From positions 544,001-608,000 of the forward strand of contig CAWDEM010000008.1 of NCBI GenBank assembly GCA_963801355.1: 64,000 nucleotides of DNA. The letters run 5' to 3'. Source of the stretch: Ignavibacteriota bacterium. GTDB lineage: Bacteria; Bacteroidota; Ignavibacteria; UBA10030; UBA6906. Each line of letters begins with the position of its first letter. Positions within the stretch are counted from its first letter, which is position 1. A program made the translations under genes and the position numbers. Below are positions 61,226 through 64,000 of this stretch, in pieces. The notes below the pieces were generated by a model that searched no databases, had not been told where the DNA came from, and saw only the letters and a list, made by a program, of their open reading frames with translations.

Positions 61226-62326
61226 TCAGTCATATCTCCCATACCTCTCCACCAGCTCTCCTACCCGTCTTACCCGGTACTCGAGACAATCGGGTGGCAC
61301 CTGGTCGGCAACACCAAGCACATAGCGAGGATGAGACCGCATAACAAGCAGGACGTTTTGTACATGACGGTCAAACTCTTCGTCAGTCACTTTGGATGTG
61401 AAATACCCCCCTGGAATACCGCCCCAGAGAATTGTCCTGGGGTTAGCGGCCTGAGCCGCCCATTGGTCGATCGGCAGGTCTCCAACGGGATCAGGAGTCA
61501 TTGCCTCGATCACGTTGACGCCTGTTGATGCCTCTTCGCGGAGGAGTCCCTTGAGCGTGCCATCCATATGGATGAAGGAATGTTTTCCCACGCCGGCGAT
61601 CTCTCTGATCCACTCCTCCTGATAGGCGCGCATGTACTTCTCAAAAAAGCGGCGACCGACCATCTCGGCCGAAAGGTTCTCCGGAATCATCAACACTTCC
61701 GCCGGACTCTCAACAGCGATCCGGGCGGCTTTGTCAAACGTTGACTGCATGACGGCGAGGGTTTCGGCAAATGCATCCGGCGCTGCAGCCACCATAAAGG
61801 TCACGGCGGCTATGCCTGCCTCCAGAGCGACGAGTTGCATAAACGGGCTCTTAGGAAGATAGCAGAGAAGGATGCCCTGATCCCCGATCTGCCCCAGCCG
61901 TCGATTGGCGAAATCGTAGTCTGGTTCCCAGTCGGTACGCGAATACACATAGCGCAGGGCGGGCAGATCTTCTTCTGATTTGACCAGGTGCTCAATAGGG
62001 GCTTCGGCATACGATTGAGGGAGGTATTCCCAGCACTCCCGCAGGTTTCCTTTCGGTGTGACAAGTTCGTGATACCGGCGGTTGCCTTCATGCCATGTGC
62101 GTTCCTGAACGTCAAGGATCGCGCGAAACGGGAAGTACCCCTGAAGATACAATCCCACCCCCAGGGAACGATGCCATTGAACGTATTCAGCAGTTCCTTT
62201 GAATCCGTCCGGCTTCCTTCCCTGGGCTATCAGTGCCGTAGCCCAATAGTCCAGATCCCCGAACCAGGGAACCTGATCCGGCCGATCACCTTTCAGTAAA
62301 GCCAGGATTCGCTTTCTTGGTGTCAT
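61226..62326 (-). CDS. Uroporphyrinogen decarboxylase superfamily protein (UroD/MtaA-CmuA-like TIM barrel)
   Basis: MTPRKRILA...PDQVPW, TPKGNL, PENLSA, HMDG, LWGGIP and GVADQVPP. Confidence 0.82.
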   Translation of the reverse strand: MTPRKRILALLKGDRPDQVPWFGDLDYWATALIAQGRKPDGFKGTAEYVQWHRSLGVGLYLQGYFPFRAILDVQERTWHEGNRRYHELVTPKGNLRECWEYLPQSYAEAPIEHLVKSEEDLPALRYVYSRTDWEPDYDFANRRLGQIGDQGILLCYLPKSPFMQLVALEAGIAAVTFMVAAAPDAFAETLAVMQSTFDKAARIAVESPAEVLMIPENLSAEMVGRRFFEKYMRAYQEEWIREIAGVGKHSFIHMDGTLKGLLREEASTGVNVIEAMTPDPVGDLPIDQWAAQAANPRTILWGGIPGGYFTSKVTDEEFDRHVQNVLLVMRSHPRYVLGVADQVPPDCLEYRVRRVGELVERYGRYD

Positions 62327-62541
62327 CGATGGCGCCTAGCACAACTAGTGAACAATCTACAAGCCGGATTGCCAAATCTCTGCAAGGCAATTTCTGACAA
62401 TTGTGTAGGAAATTCAAGATCCGCACAACGAATTCTCCGGACCAATCCCTGACCCTCGTCCAGGACCCAGGTGTGTTCGAAAGTCCATCATGAAATAGCC
62501 AACGACCTTTGTTATCGGCATTTATATTGGTATTTTTCAAC

Positions 62542-62584
62542 ACTCACACTTTTTGTGAGTCAATAAATCATGCCATGTGAGTCA
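62542..62584. promoter_or_regulatory. Candidate operator: ACTCACA-N5-TGTGAGT palindrome plus a second TGTGAGTCA copy 22 bp downstream
   Basis: Seen directly in the AT-rich divergent intergenic region upstream of the SGNH gene. Confidence 0.45.
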
Positions 62585-62645
62585 TTGAATCATACCATGG
62601 TACTAAGAGAGCTCTGTCCTTAAGCATAAAATGGGGAATTCAATA

Positions 62646-64000
62646 ATGTCTCATAGATCTTCAATGCATAATATTTCTGCTGGTGGACTTCTTCATTCAT
62701 GGCGCCGCGTGTTCAGCACCTTTGCGGTTTCAACGATAGTACTCTTGGCTTTGAGTCCTCTCTCTTTTTGTTTTGCCGAACCGGCAGGCTCATCCAGCTC
62801 TGCAAAGAAATGGGTTGGAACCTGGAGTACCGCACCACAACTCGTTGAGCCAGGTAATAATCCCCCGGCACCTGGTTTGAGCAATAACACACTTCGACAG
62901 ATAGTGCGCGTTTCACTTGGTGGAGACAGTTTGCGCATGCGATTGTCAAATGAGTTTAGCGCAAGTCCTGTAACATTGCATGCAGTTCACGTTGCTCTCT
63001 CTAAAGGTGGTGGTACAATTGACACGAGTACTGACAAGGTCCTCTATTTTGATGGAAAGACGGAGGTCGCAATTGCGCCAAGGAGTGCGATTACATCGGA
63101 TCCTTTTGAGTTTGTTGTTCAACCACGGAGTGAGGTTGCAATCACGATTTATTTTGGCAACACCTCACCGGATGTAACCGGTCATCCTGGATCAAGAACC
63201 ACATCATACCTGCTTACAGGGGATCAAGTGTCCAAAGTGGATGTTTCCGGCGCTGTCACGACGGATCATTGGTACAACATCAATGCGATTGATGTGCTGG
63301 CACCGTCGACTGCAGCTTGTGTTGCAATTCTTGGCAACTCCATTACCGATGGGCGCGGTTCAACAACAAACATGCAGAATCGATGGACAGATGTGTTTTC
63401 AGAATCTCTTCTGAAGGACTCAAGTACTCGGCAAGTAGGTGTTCTTAATTTGGGCATTGGAGGGAATTGCGTGCTTTCCGGTGGTTTAGGCCCGACTGGA
63501 GTAAGCCGATATGACCGCGACATTCTCAATCAACACGGCGTACGTTGGGTTATCGTTTTTGAAGGGGTAAATGATATTGGTGGGGTCAACTCTGCTGCTT
63601 CTGCAACGATGACTGCCAATAATCTCATTGCTGCATACAGGCAGATGATTGCTAAAGCTCATACCAAAAACATCAGGATATACGGTGGAACCATTCTGCC
63701 CTTCAATGGTAATTCGTACTATAATCAATACAGTGAATTATGCCGAAATGCCGTTAATCAATGGATTCGCACCAAGGGCAATTATGATGGGTTCATTGAT
63801 TTCGATAAGGTGATGCGAAATCCACAGGATACTACGAGACTTGTGTCAACATATCAAAACGACGGTCTGCATCCTGATGCGGCAGGATACAAAACGATGG
63901 GTGAATCCATTGATCTCAATTTGTTTACCGGGGCAGATACGGTTTTCCAGCAAGTGACGGGAATTGAGTCGTTGTGGTTTGAAGCTGAACGTTTTCCGAC
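62646..64000 (+). CDS. Secreted SGNH/GDSL hydrolase (carbohydrate-esterase-like), 3' end outside the window
   Basis: Missing from the ORF track because it has no stop in the window. My translation gives KWVGTWSTAPQ, TLRQIVRVSLGG, LGNSITDG, NLGIGGN, EGVND and DGLHP, then a further domain beginning WFEAE. Confidence 0.88.
   Translation, partial: MSHRSSMHNISAGGLLHSWRRVFSTFAVSTIVLLALSPLSFCFAEPAGSSSSAKKWVGTWSTAPQLVEPGNNPPAPGLSNNTLRQIVRVSLGGDSLRMRLSNEFSASPVTLHAVHVALSKGGGTIDTSTDKVLYFDGKTEVAIAPRSAITSDPFEFVVQPRSEVAITIYFGNTSPDVTGHPGSRTTSYLLTGDQVSKVDVSGAVTTDHWYNINAIDVLAPSTAACVAILGNSITDGRGSTTNMQNRWTDVFSESLLKDSSTRQVGVLNLGIGGNCVLSGGLGPTGVSRYDRDILNQHGVRWVIVFEGVNDIGGVNSAASATMTANNLIAAYRQMIAKAHTKNIRIYGGTILPFNGNSYYNQYSELCRNAVNQWIRTKGNYDGFIDFDKVMRNPQDTTRLVSTYQNDGLHPDAAGYKTMGESIDLNLFTGADTVFQQVTGIESLWFEAERFP

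Overview
Gene-dense, mostly GC-rich bacterial chromosome segment. It most likely comes from a deep-branching Bacteroidota/Ignavibacteria-like (FCB) diderm: there are T9SS-type C-terminal sorting domains and a PorV-like barrel, but also GGAG Shine-Dalgarno sites and E. coli-like TTGACA/TAxxxT promoters, which Bacteroidia generally lack. In order, the window holds: a partial hypothetical CDS; tRNA-Arg(UCG); a TolC/MFP/RND pump whose RND gene has a 1-nt frameshift; a polyamine cluster (agmatinase, deoxyhypusine-synthase-like, ornithine decarboxylase); an EEP-phosphoesterase/Omp85-barrel fusion; an FAD oxidoreductase, LDH and ADH; a surface-glycan region (three GT-C-like proteins, a CapD-like dehydratase, heparinase II/III); a SusD-less TonB receptor + PorV-like + CTD-protein + IPT-lipoprotein operon; two OmpA-family genes; a D-TA family enzyme; GH2; a class A beta-lactamase; a candidate synthase-dependent exopolysaccharide operon; glucan phosphorylase; a CDF transporter; a Cyc2-like porin-cytochrome; a MauG/CcP-type diheme enzyme; a UroD-family protein; and an AT-rich, truncated SGNH hydrolase. 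I saw no transposase, integrase, rRNA or CRISPR array. The best candidates for undescribed systems are the EEP-Omp85 fusion, the YdaL/YdaM-like diderm EPS operon, the MauG-like + Cyc2-like + CDF cluster and the TBDR-PorV-CTD module. All family assignments come from reading motifs by eye; no database searches were run.
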